From: Antedon mediterranea
Taxonomy: Eukaryota; Animalia; Echinodermata
Assembly: GCF_964355755.1 (NCBI RefSeq)
Contig: NC_092670.1
Span: 11,704,795 to 11,768,794 of the forward strand
DNA length: 64,000 nt
Direction: 5' to 3'
In this document: piece after piece, positions 49,338 to 61,265 of the stretch
Numbering within the stretch: the stretch's first letter is position 1
Layout: the number at the start of each line of letters is the position of its first letter
Translations under genes and position numbers: made by a program
Notes under the pieces: generated by a model
What the model saw: the letters and a program-made list of their open reading frames with translations, nothing else
Told to the model about the DNA's origin: nothing
Database searches by the model: none

Positions 49338-50698
49338 GAAGGCTTATGGCTGGCAGCAGCTGTTTCAGGTCGGCTTGTTTGTTGGTTTACTGGAAGCTGT
49401 TGACTAGTGGGATACCATGGTCTGCCAAATTGTTGAAGAGGGCCTTGTGGTTGGAATGGAATCTGGTGTTCAAAGTACATTTGTTGTGGCGGCTGCTGTG
49501 GTATTTGTACAGGGTGATTTTGTGGCTGAAAAGGTGTCTGATTTTCAAAGTAAGCCTGTTGTTGCTGCTGTGACACTGATGCGGGGTGATTGTTAGTCTG
49601 AAAACAGTTTCTGGCAAAATGACCAATTTTGCCGCATTTGAAGCAGGCATTCCTTCTGGGTTGTGCCCGAGGTCTGCCATAATCTTCTGCCTTGTTCTCG
49701 ATCCCATGGATACGTACCTCTAAAGCCTTCAATCTCTCTAATATCTCGAGGCTGATATCCGTGGTTGGTGTCGTTGATTTTGCTTCGGCCTTTGTACCAC
49801 GGTCTTTGGGTCTTGTTACCGTCTGTGAATACAGCTTTGCTTGGTGGGACCCGCCAAACCGATCACGGTCTTGTGCCAACTCATAGGAGATGATACGTAA
49901 TTCTTCCCTTAAAGCTCCGAATTTCATCTGCCTTGGGCGCATCGGAGCCAGCCGATTCTTTACCTCTACATCTCGCAGGCCATACATGAACTGGGTGCAT
50001 AAAACCCCATCTCGATCCATCAGTTCAGAATGTTGTGACTCGAGTAATTGGCCACATACTCTGCGTAACAGTGCTTCGAGCGCAATTGCATAGTCCCGTG
50101 GCGTTTCCGTGGACTGCTGAAAACGGGCATAAAAAGCTGCCATAGGTGACACAGTAACGTTTAAGTCCCCATACTCTCTGACCAATTCTTTCAGAGCAGC
50201 ATCAGGTGTCGTTAGGTCTGGACCCCTACTCTCCAAGTTCAATACAAGGTCACGGGCCCGACCCCCAGTGTGTCTTACAATCTCATGGAATTGGGGAAGC
50301 GGTGCAGAATAACCTTTAGATCTTAACAAATACTTAATATCTCTAACCCAGTCTTCCACCTTTAATCCATCCTTGTCCCTCCCAGTAAATGTGGGAACAC
50401 TCTTGATCTGATGGGATGAGATCACTCTTGGTACAGTATCCATTGTAGGTGGTGGATCAAATCCAGCCAACAGCAGTGGCGATGTCCCTGGTTGAACTAC
50501 GCTGACGTCCGATGCCATCTCTGGGCTGTTTACTGCACCACTCCTTGGTGTACTGGATCTGGGAAGTCTTGGTCGTGGTCGCCTCGGTTGTCCTTGGATA
50601 CTAAGTTCCGGCATTATAGGTGTGTTTGTAGAAATCGGATCTGGTATTGATGCATCCAGCGATGAATCCGCTGCAGCATTGTGTTGGTTATTAGCCAT
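49325..50698 (-). CDS. gag: Gypsy gag (capsid plus CCHC zinc knuckle), 457 aa
   Basis: PTFTG...VEDW capsid-like region, FYARFQQSTETPRDYA, and CFKCGKIGHFARNC. Confidence 0.93.
   Translation of the reverse strand: MANNQHNAAADSSLDASIPDPISTNTPIMPELSIQGQPRRPRPRLPRSSTPRSGAVNSPEMASDVSVVQPGTSPLLLAGFDPPPTMDTVPRVISSHQIKSVPTFTGRDKDGLKVEDWVRDIKYLLRSKGYSAPLPQFHEIVRHTGGRARDLVLNLESRGPDLTTPDAALKELVREYGDLNVTVSPMAAFYARFQQSTETPRDYAIALEALLRRVCGQLLESQHSELMDRDGVLCTQFMYGLRDVEVKNRLAPMRPRQMKFGALREELRIISYELAQDRDRFGGSHQAKLYSQTVTRPKDRGTKAEAKSTTPTTDISLEILERLKALEVRIHGIENKAEDYGRPRAQPRRNACFKCGKIGHFARNCFQTNNHPASVSQQQQQAYFENQTPFQPQNHPVQIPQQPPQQMYFEHQIPFQPQGPLQQFGRPWYPTSQQLPVNQQTSRPETAAASHKPSLNG
49331..49337 (-). promoter_or_regulatory. 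-1 ribosomal frameshift slippery heptamer U UUA AAC
   Basis: gag reads TCT TTA AAC GGG TAG. The -1 frame TTT AAA CGG GTA GGA...GGT ATG runs into pol. Confidence 0.85.
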
Positions 50699-50705
50699 AC
50701 TGTTA

Positions 50706-50736
<31 letters not shown>

Positions 50737-50759
50737 GAACAAATTGGATTTATAAAACA

Positions 50760-50772
50760 GGTTTCGGCACCA
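50760..50772 (-). promoter_or_regulatory. Primer-binding site complementary to the tRNA-Phe 3' end
   Basis: Minus strand TGGTGCCGAAACC, 6 nt inside the 5' LTR boundary. Plus strand GGTTTCGGCACCA matches the eukaryotic tRNA-Phe acceptor end. Confidence 0.85.
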
Positions 50773-50778
50773 AAATTA

Positions 50779-52006
50779 TGTGACCTTCGGATCGTGTCCG
50801 TTGGTGTTTGAATAGCTTGTGGGAGAGCAATTAATGATCACTGACACATAATAGAATAGACCTGATTCAGTTTCCAGTTTAATCGCAATTGTTTAATAAC
50901 AGAAACAGAAGCTAAAACCCAACACAACACTGCAGCCGTCATTAACAGTAAACAGGAACAAGACCTGTGTAACAAAATCATAAAACATATCTCAACACTA
51001 AACAAAATATAAATCATCTCATTGTTCAATAAATGAAGACCACTAACTATACAGCAACAGATAAGCATTTAAGTTTAAAAAACATCAATTATAGTATTAT
51101 TAATTGAAACACAACATTATACTGTAAAATGGAATATATAATAAAGCTAGGCTATGCAATCTAGTATCTAAAATCGTCACGATATGCATCGCACATCGTC
51201 TCATGGGCGCAGACATATTTGTTTACATTATGTGCTGCCCTCAACCAGATCTCTGATTAAAAGCCATAAACATCGCACATGTTCGAATAATCAACGACCC
51301 ACTAAACACAAGGTCATAGAACTTTATCAGACTTAAATTAAGATAACTATCAATTAACACGGTAAAACATAATATTCCATACTAGGCTAACATATGATAA
51401 ACAAAGTAAATAAAGGTTTTAGCCTTAATTCAGATTCCTTAAGGGATATTTTGATCAATCTTCTAACATCGCTAAGCTAAGAATTACGATTGTATGTACC
51501 GCACACAACACTCAACAGGTTACACCCAGTGCAACCGTCGCCATACCAGTGGAGTGCTAATGCATATAGAGACAAAAGTAAATTTAACAAACTTAAACCG
51601 GGTTAAACTGTATTTAACCTAAACATATTATAAATTAAACAATATTTAAAACTTACAGATTACATCAAGATCAAACGATGTGCTCTCAACAAAAAGAAAT
51701 AATTAAATTGTTTAACAGGCTAGGCAAATACACGTCTAGTCGATGCAAGCGTCCGAAGGAGAGAGGATGTATCAGGTATCATCCCAAGCTTACCATTCTC
51801 CGACGAATACGCGTAATGGGTGCGGATTATTCCGCTTAACACCTTATCTACCCATACATTAAAAATGCCATATTAGACCGTGATAATAAATATTTATGTA
51901 ACACTATTTATTTATTTTTATTAACCAGTGTCATAAAACTGGACTAACATGTAAATTGTCCCGTCCTATTTATTCTATGCGGAGGAGTACAATTTACACC
52001 CTCACA
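50779..52006 (-). repeat. 5' LTR of the gypsy element
   Basis: Direct repeat of 43904-45131, same length, no difference noticed by eye. Confidence 0.97.
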
Positions 52007-54350
52007 AACACAGAGTTCTGGTTTGGTAATGAACAAATCAACCGTTTAACAGCTGATAGAAATTTTGAGCTAATGGTAGAAATGACAGATCACTTGAATG
52101 TAACAAAGTTTGCAAAATATTCCCAATTCCATGTTGGTACTGAGGACTCTAACTATGTTTTGACAATCAGTGGATACACAGGAACTGCAGGTTAGTACAT
52201 TCAATCAATTTTATCTGAAGAAAGTAAACAAAGAATTAACATTGATACTTTTAGCACTCCTACACTCTTTGTAACTTGCAGTAAAAATAGTCTATGAACT
52301 ACTCACATACTGTATGTTTTTATTTTATTTATCACATTTGAAGTGTATAATAAAATTAATGTTTAGAATTACAACTGCTTAAATAAATGATAAGGACATT
52401 GACTGGGACAGAACCTAAAACATGTACTGTACCCAAGGTTCCTAAATTTTAGGGTAATAATTTGTAGCATGAAATAGCAGATAGATAAATGAGGAACCCA
52501 TGTTAAAATGTAATAGTATTATTATTCAAGTTGACAATTTTCTAGTGTTTTCTAATCAATATAACTCTCCAGTGGGAACACGTTTGTTTAATGAATTTGT
52601 TTACATATCAATCTATTTGCAAATATTGTAGAAAACATCAAGTAAAAAGATAGAAATCAAATTTCACCAAGGTATTTGGAACTTATTTAGGTTAGAAATA
52701 AAAGAAACTGATTTCAAATGAATACTGTAAATGGAAATATTTTCGCATACAGAATGATTCGCTTAACTACTTTCTTGACGTTTTCGCGTATTGATATTTT
52801 CACAGATTTCATTTTAGTCTAGGCCTAAAGTACCTTAAATTATTTAATTTTGTATCGCAAATGTCAAGTATAAAAGTGTCGACACGAGCTATCATATTAA
52901 CATCCTATATTATAGCTGAGGCCCATACAGTGGGCCTTAAGGTCTAGCCTACATTCCGTATTCACAGTACTACAGAAGTAAATTAAAAACAAATGTTTTC
53001 TATATTTGTTTAATCCTTTTTATATTCACAAAACTTCCAATAAACTAACTGCAAAAGTATCTTGAAAATTTTCTTTTTTTCAAACCAATAATTAGTTTTT
53101 ACTAATTATTGGTTTGAAAAAAAGAATATTTTCAAGATACTTATACCTACAAACCAGATGAAGATTTTCAATCATAACTGCAAAAGTGTCGATCACTGCT
53201 GCAGTACTGAGACAGTACCGTAAGAATCTGTAGCTTTTTCGGTTTGCATGTTGTTTACATTCATCCCAAAATTTGCGAAAATTAAACCATTGCAAAAATA
53301 ACGGCATATAAAATGTACAGTGTATTATGCAACATACTAAAGCTGAAAAAAGTTGGACCAACGTTAAGAAAAGCTCCTAAAAACAGCTGCAAAATAGAAC
53401 AAAACAGTTATAATAATGATATTATAATCTAATCTATTATTATAATCTAAATTGTCTATAATGTAAATTGTTGGATGGCCTTCCCACTTCAAAATTTTTT
53501 CTTATAGGCCTGAAACAAATCTAACAACATTAAAATGTTCAAATGCACTCATGGTACAACTTATCTATTCTGTAATGGAACAACTCTCAAGGTCAAATGA
53601 CATTTGATCATTTTACTTCAGCAACTACATTTGTTTTAATGTAGGCATTTATGAGGAAGTCGAGGCAACAGTATGTGTATAATTAATATCCAAACAAGCT
53701 TGCTAAATAATTGCACAAACAGGTTAAAGAGTGAGTAAAATATAATTACTGCCAGTAACTACAGAATTATAGAATTTTCTACCCAAAACAATTTTTTTGG
53801 TAAAATCAGACAAAACACAGTGAAATTAAAAACAAATTAAATGTAATTAAATAATAAAAAATACTATTTATAGACCTAAATTGTGTTTATGATTTAATGT
53901 ATGGCAATTTGACAAAAAAAATTAAATATGTTAATAAATTACAAATTATAGGGTATTTTATTATTTCTATTTTTCCTTTTATATCAAATATCTTTTATTT
54001 TATTTTTAATACAAAGAAAAACAAATATTTAAAATGAATTTTAATTTAAAGATATATGAAGTAAACTAAAAATGATTCAACATTTTGTTTGTGTAGGTGA
54101 TTCTTTGGCAGCAGATCACAATGGTCAACAATTTACAACGTATGATACAGACAATGATAAGGATAGTGGTAGTAACTGTGCTGTGGCATTCAAAGGTGCT
54201 TGGTGGTACAATGACTGTCATCAGTCAAACCTGAATGGCCTTTACCTTACACCAGGTACAGCTGATTGGTCAGGCATCAACTGGTATCATTTCCATAATG
54301 ATTACAACAGTCTCAAGAAGACAGTGATGATGGTTAAAAGAGTACCATAA

Positions 54351-54480
54351 GATAGTTGTCATGATTCAAACATGAATGGCTTTACCTACACCAGATACAG
54401 TTGATTACAATGGCATCAACTTGTATACTTTTGATAGAAGCCTTAAGACAACAGTGATGATGGTTAAGAGAGCAGCACAA
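54351..54480 (+). repeat. Decayed tandem duplicate of the FReD-A C-terminal coding segment
   Basis: TGTCATGATTCAAACATGAATGGC...GGCATCAACTTGTA...AAGACAACAGTGATGATGGTTAAGAGAG mirrors ~54215-54345, with indels. Confidence 0.8.
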
Positions 54481-56776
54481 AATAATCAGAATCTGTAATT
54501 ATTGAATAATTTGACTTATGAATAATATATAGGAATAACGAAGATTCCTCTTTTGTTTCTTTTAGCAATTATCCATTTGGAATTATCATTAAATAATTGT
54601 ATTGTTAAATAACAGCTCGTTATCTAATCCAAATGTTACAGAAATAATATTGATATTGATTGATATTGTCATATCACTTGTGATTTGTTTAAACATTATT
54701 AGTATTTTAATTTATATAATAATATAAATATTATGTAAACTTTCATTAGGCATACAAAGATTAATAACAGTTATTTTTTTAAATTTTATTATTATTTGAA
54801 TTTATGCTATAACTACATATATAATAGTAACATTAATATTAATTGTTTTTAATTACAAAATAACATTAAATTGATATTCAATCAGTGTATCCTTTCATTA
54901 CTGATAAATTAGTAGTTTGTAAATCTAACTTTAGGAGTATGATTTTTAGTCTATATTGAATCTTGTTTTAAAGTTATTAAAAATGAAATAAAAACATATA
55001 ATGAATGTGTATGTATTTTTTAATGTAAAGATGGCTTTTTTAAAGATATTAACAATCAAACAAAAAAACTCCAACATTGGATCTTCATAATAATTGTTTT
55101 GGAAATTCACTAAAATTTACTTATTTATGCAAATACGAGGGGGTTTATTCAGATATGAATACAAACAATATACATACAAATATATTATTCACCAACTGTT
55201 CTAATACCACACACGTGAGACCAAAGACGATCAATTATTAATTACATTCTAAGTGCATGTATAGAGGTAATTGGCAAGTTACTCGATGTTGGATGGATAT
55301 GAAATAAAAAATAAAAATGGCCTTCTATCAAATAAAGCGCGTCTTATTCTTCAATACATATCAACAATATAGATGGATATAACGTTTTAGTATCATTTTG
55401 ATTTTCGATTTCGATTCTTACTGTTTCAGTATATTTTATTTTATTCGTCATTATAATCAATGCATTAAAGAGAAAAACGAAATGCATCACCAAAGCGGTT
55501 ACTAGGGAGAGAATGTGAATTTATTAATTATCGCAAGAAGCTTTCTCAAATAATGTCGTCGTTATCACAGTTGTTCAGCTGTGACGTTTGACTACACGGC
55601 CCATCTGAATTGAAAGAAAGACAAACACCAGGTGCTGGAAAAAATTTCTATTGGCCATACATTCCAATAGTTATCAATCTATAGTTTCCCCTATGTTTTA
55701 TATTTGTATATTAATATCAATCCATTACTTGTTGGTCAAGTTAGTGAAAACCAAACATGTATGATTTACCCTTCAAACTTAAAAATGTTGATACCATTAA
55801 GATTTTTGACTTTAAAGCTATGTAAGATATTGTTGCTGGAGAGAATCGACGTACCTATTTAAATAATATTTGTTTTGTCAGTCATCAAAATAGATTGATA
55901 CAGCTAATTCAATATAGGAAAATAATTATGTGTTTGTTTAATTTACCTTCATCACATAATGAATTATACAGTTCGTAAATTCTATACTTATATATATAAT
56001 TTATTGGAGATAAACACGTTTTCTTATGTTTTATGTCTCCTAAAAAAGAGTCGAGTTCATTTAATATTGGAAAATTGAACAAATTATTGATTGTAGTGGC
56101 CATATATTTATATCTTGTGTTTACTACAGAATTGTTTATCCAGACTACTGAAATTATTTATATTATTAAATATTTTAACTGGTCAGAGTTTTAAAGATGA
56201 GAAAAAGAAATGGCACAGAAATTCATGATTATCACAGCAAATGTACCACTTTTCTGTCTGGATTCAATTACATTTTTTAATATAATTTATGTTTTAATGT
56301 TTTTTTATGAGGAAGTGCATACAGAAAAAAAGAAAAGATTCGATTGGAATACGTAGGACTTGCAAATAAAAATTATAACTGGACACCCATTATGAATTGT
56401 TGCAGGTATTGAATCAGATCAGGTGCTCTTCAATAAAACAGAAATAAATTAAATATTTTTAGAAAGTAATCTGTATTTTAATTATTGTAATTTGAACACC
56501 AAAAAATGCGTCTAAAAAAAAAGAGCATGTATATCTTCATGATTTTTCATACATTATTATTTTATTTATTTTATTCAATCTCATTCAACAGCGGGAAACC
56601 CGCCCCTTAAAGAATGGAATAAAATATACAAGGGCTAGTGTTGCCCGAAAGCTCTGCTAACTTTTCTGGCTGTTTACTTTATCGTTTTGATTTAGCTTTT
56701 TGCTTTTTATTTTTGTATCTCCATTGAGATCCAGCCACTGATACCCACAGCATTGTCATTTTTTTCAGTAATTTGC

Positions 56777-56812
<36 letters not shown>

Positions 56813-57104
56813 GTTCGGTTCAATGTAACCTTAAGACCTAAACATTAGAAAGTTATACAATCTTATGTAAATCATATCTTACACTCAGCATGTTGATTGG
56901 TGCACACTGACTGACATGTCTATTGATGTGGTTGGATAATGGAGTATCAACTCTGTCTTCATATACATATAAGATGAAAATATAGTTCGTACCACAATTT
57001 TAAGAAACTCATTCAGGCGTACGTCGAGCATTTGAAGACGAATTGTAGATTTTATTGGCACGGTAACCGTTTCATTCATCAATACATAATTCTAAAACGT
57101 CGCA

Positions 57105-58671
57105 ATGCTAACTTCAACTTTAATAATTTTCTTTCTTCTGCTCTTTGTTGTCGGTATTCTTTCGATCAATACATATGATTATACGGTTATCCTAGAGGGG
57201 CATGCTTTTGAAGGTTGGAGTTACGAGTTGAAGAATATACACAAACTAAATTGTTTGCTGGAATGTTCCAAGAAATCTGATTGCTTGTCGGTTAACTATA
57301 ACCAGAAGGATCGTGTTTGTCAAATCAATAAGCAAATACTGGAAACGTCATCAGTTGAAAACAACATAATTCAAGCGCCTGAATTTTGTTACATTGAAAG
57401 GAGTAAGTATACAATTTTGCAAACTTATTAAATAAATGGATTCTTTATATAGAGGTTCACATCAATGTTGATTGGTAGTGATATTTTGTTGCTGTTGAAT
57501 TTGCCTAGGAAATGTTCTCTTTATTTTCATATAAGTCAATAAAAAGTGTTCTTCAAAATTTTACAGTACATCTACAAGGATTGAATTAACCTACTATAAA
57601 TTCAGACCAAATGACTACATGAGGTGGTACTGCATGTTATATGCATATCTACCAAGTCCATGTGATTATCACCAAGGGATTCAGTTGTGCTTGATGGTCA
57701 CATGGAAACTAGTTTAAATTTTTGCAGAATTATAAATTACTATTACGGTACTTATTATTATTAAAATTACAAAATGTGCACATTAATGAATTGTATTAGT
57801 TTTACAATTGAATATTGCATTTCCTCTAAAATAGATACAAACTATTTTTCTCAATAATATACCAGTGTGATCTTTTTTTTAAACAACATACTTTTTTAAT
57901 TTTTTTTATTTTAAAGAGTTTTATGAGGGACTGTGGTGACATTTTACAATATAATCCTTCTGCTAATGGTGGTGAATATGTGATACAACCAGGTGATGGA
58001 GAACCAGAGATTACTGTGTACTGTGACATGAGGGAAGATGGAGGTTGGATGGTAAGTATACAGTAGGCAACAATTTATTCAAAGAAATTAGAAGTACCGT
58101 TGATCCAACATCACTGCCACAGCTTACTAATTCATTACTAAAACAGTGCCAGGGACAGAAAACACTGATATGGCTTTAGAAGCATAAACATAACTGCGGA
58201 AACTTTCAGGTTGACAAATATGTTTTAGTTTTAACCGAAAGAGCGACCATTATATACTAATGTTCCAAAACTTGCATACTAAGAACCAACAAGTAATTTA
58301 TTACTACTGGCAGTTAGGTTCTCATTTCATTCATTGCTATTTACGCTAGTTGATGGGCCTGTCATCACTGTTTTAGTAAAGCTAAAGTAGAGTAAAGATT
58401 ACTTTCTTTTCATTATCAGGTGATACAGAGAAGACAAGATGGATCAGTTGATTTCTACCGAAATTGGAAAGAATACAAAGAGGGTTTTGGAAACGCGAAC
58501 ACAGAGTTCTGGCTTGGTAATGAACAAATCAACCGTTTAACAGCTGATGGCGAATTTGAGCTATTGATAGAAATGACAGACCACTTGAATGTAATGAAGA
58601 TCGCAAGATATTCTCTCTTTCGTATTGGTACTGAGGACTCTAACTATGTTTTGACTATCAGTGGATACACA
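57105..58671 (+). pseudogene. FReD-B: secreted PAN/apple plus fibrinogen-domain gene, truncated at a duplication junction
   Basis: Exon 57105-57402 (signal peptide; CLLECSKKSDCLSVNY...CQIN), 57917-58051 (RDC...VYCDMREDGGWM) and 58420-58671 ([12 protein letters not shown]...ISGYT, then foreign sequence). Exon 1-2 phases do not match as read. The last exon is not in the window. Confidence 0.75.
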
Positions 58672-60674
58672 GCGACGCTGGAAACAAAGCTTTTTCCAGC
58701 CTGCTGCGTAAATGGTTCGTGCTTGGTACGTTTTGTTCATTAGTTTTCTCCTTAAAGAAGAGCTCCCCTCAAACTTTTATTATGTTTAGATAAGTTTAAT
58801 TAAAGTGATTATACAAAAAAAAAAATAATAATATGGCAATATATTTAATAATATGGAAATAGTGCTTTTTAATATATTACATTTTTTTCTGCAGAGTCAA
58901 CTACAATGGCGATTGGTACGACCACACACGAGGCATCAGCAGTAAGTGAATTTGACACGTCCAACACGAACGGTCTTGCATTACGATCGACAACCATTAC
59001 ACATACATCAACTACAGAGTCAACGGCGAATGCTAAGACAACACCGATAAGTACAACTATAATCCAAAATTCACCAACGACAGAGTTAACTAATGGTACA
59101 GCCATAATATGGCAAATTGTTTTATCATTATTTACTTCTGAATTAAACTTTAGGGCAATTGGTTGCAACTTAAGTCCAATATAGGCCTATTCGACTTAAT
59201 ATGCAATATATCACAATCATGTCATTAGCACAAATGCATAGATTAAGATATCGGACAAACTGAAAATGTAATCTGGCATCACATGCATATATTCAGTTTA
59301 TATTAAAAAATATTTAATGATATTTACCAGGATTTAATTAGTATAGATAGAGATAGCCACATGCGATGGTAAAATAGACCTAACTAGAATAGCTAAATTA
59401 CGTACATTTCCTGTTTTTAATATTTATTGTCGTTGCAATGTAAAACAAGAATATTTCTTACAAAAAACGCTTCTCGCTTATTGTTATTGCTAAGGTCAAG
59501 TCTGGGGGTCACTTCAAGTATCCTATTACAAACAAAAACTTCAATGGACTGTTTTGATAATAATTCAATGATTATCTGACAGCGAATTATAGTAATATCA
59601 TGGGACTCATAAATACCAAAAATGCTTTGGGATTTGTCGACTCTTTTCCCAGCCGTTTTTTGGATTCAACAGGTGAAATTATAGTGGAGTTTCCATTTTA
59701 ACAAAAATGTCAAAGTGTAGTACTATAAAGCTGCTTGATTTCATCTAATGAATGAGTCATCTCGTGTGACGTAGCGGGCTAGAGCAGCAGGGTGAAAAAT
59801 ACTTTTACTTCTATCAAGTTTAATCATCACTGTTCCGACGTACGCAAAGCAGAAAACGATGTGTAATAATATGTACGATAAACGGCAATATGCTAACGTC
59901 GTCGGCTCTAATTAATTAACCAATAATTAATATAATTAATAATATATAATAATAATTATTATTATTATTATTATAAAGTGCTTTAAGAATACGATTTATT
60001 TTATCGGAAGAAACAATTGAGGAAAATATATAATTATTAAGAATTAGAATGTTGTAAGATGTAAATGAAACACTGGTAAACAAATGTTAATAGAAATGCG
60101 TGCGTTTGTTTTTGCGTGTAAAATTTTACCTAATAAAATGAACTTGAAATATTAGTAAAACACCACTACTCAAGAGAAGATGCTAAGGCATTGAAGAATT
60201 TATTTTTTAGATATGTTTCTGAACAGGCTCAGAATGAATTTCTGACTGTGTGCGTCATGAAGAAGGTACATGGAAAACCCCGTCATATGGGTCGTTGATT
60301 TGTCCGTAGTCATTGCATTTTGCCGGGGATTCCCCATCATTTAAGTATTTCCGTAGTACCCTATTTATCTTCATTTCCCTACGTCCGTAATATTGGGCCA
60401 AATTTCCGTAGTAATTACGGGCGTTCCGAACTTTGAAATAACAGTGTTTAATTGCTTCTTTCTGCAAATTTCTTTCATATTTTCTTTTCTGGAGTGTTGA
60501 TAATAGGCCTAGTAATTAGTTTGGGGACTTCCTCTGACGTTCGTATTGAACGCAACACAAATGTTATCCTTAGTCGCATTTTTATCCGAATTATTACTCA
60601 TTTTGTTTGTATATTATTGACATGATATGATATGTTCATTTATTCTGTGCATGTTGAAATATGTTAAATGCATA
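58672..60674 (+). repeat. Segmental duplication, copy 2
   Basis: Near-identical to 38360-40361. Begins GCGACGCTGGAAAC directly after the FReD-B coding sequence. Confidence 0.95.
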
Positions 60675-61045
60675 TGGGTACCATATGGGATTCATCTTGT
60701 TTTGCACCCGATACCCATGTGGGTCCCATATTGAGTGGCCTATCCCAGAACCCACATGGGGCCCATATCCGAAGACTTCATGGGCAAATTATGTGTTGCC
60801 CATATGGGATTTTAACAGTTTTGCACCCAAGCCCCATGTGGGTCCAATCTTGGTGAGCCCATTCCAAACAAAACCCATATGGGGCCCATATCTGAAAACA
60901 AATGGGTATCATAATTGGTTGCCAATATTGGATTCTTCTGGTTTTGCTCCCAGTACCCATGTGGGTCCCATCTTAGGAAGCCCATCCCATACAAAACCCA
61001 TATGGCCCCATATCCAGAAACGTATGGGCATTGCAATGGGCTATC
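60670..61045. repeat. CCCAT(A/G)TGGG palindrome array with ~115-bp higher-order period
   Basis: Recurrent CCCATATGGG and CCCATGTGGGTCC. Accounts for the overlapping spurious ORFs 60661-61196. Confidence 0.8.
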
Positions 61046-61149
61046 GAAATGTAAAAGAATCCACAGATGCACAACTTACACATACAGGACAATTATAAAT
61101 ACTGTTATGAATTTATTATTTATAATTTGCGTGACAAAGGCTACTGGAA

Positions 61150-61265
61150 CACCCGATTCTGTAGCTGTTAGTACATTCAACGTGGAAGACTATTGACAGA
61201 TAGGTCTCTGGTAGACTGTCAATAGTCTTCCACGTTGAATGTACTAATAGCTACAGAATCGGGTG
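61150..61265. mobile_element. 116-bp hairpin MITE with 7-bp TSD
   Basis: 50-bp arms (one mismatch) starting CACCCGATTC, 16-nt spacer. ACTGGAA duplicated at 61143-61149 and 61266-61272. Confidence 0.85.

Larger units (their letters stand above)
43904..52006 (-). mobile_element. Full-length Ty3/gypsy LTR retrotransposon (8.1 kb)
   Basis: Two 1228-bp LTRs with TGTGA...TCACA ends, TSD AACA (43900-43903, 52007-52010), PBS, and open gag and pol in PR-RT-RH-INT order. Confidence 0.97.
35375..54350 (+). pseudogene. FReD-A: type II membrane fibrinogen-related protein (TM, Thr-rich stalk, FBG domain) disrupted by a gypsy insertion
   Basis: Exons 35375-35651 (TM IMAIIVGAVMLILVVVAVTVTLCLL), 38584-38784 (T/S-rich), 43278-43408 (DC...VYCD...GNWT), 43822-43903 plus 52011-52190 ([29 protein letters not shown]), 54097-54350 (FTTYDTDND...GAWWYNDCHQSNLNG). 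All phases are compatible. Linkage of the first two exons is inferred. Confidence 0.8.

Noticed and set aside
60661-61196. Cluster of overlapping ORFs with PHVGPI repeats
   Set aside because: Products of the CCCATATGGG palindromic array.
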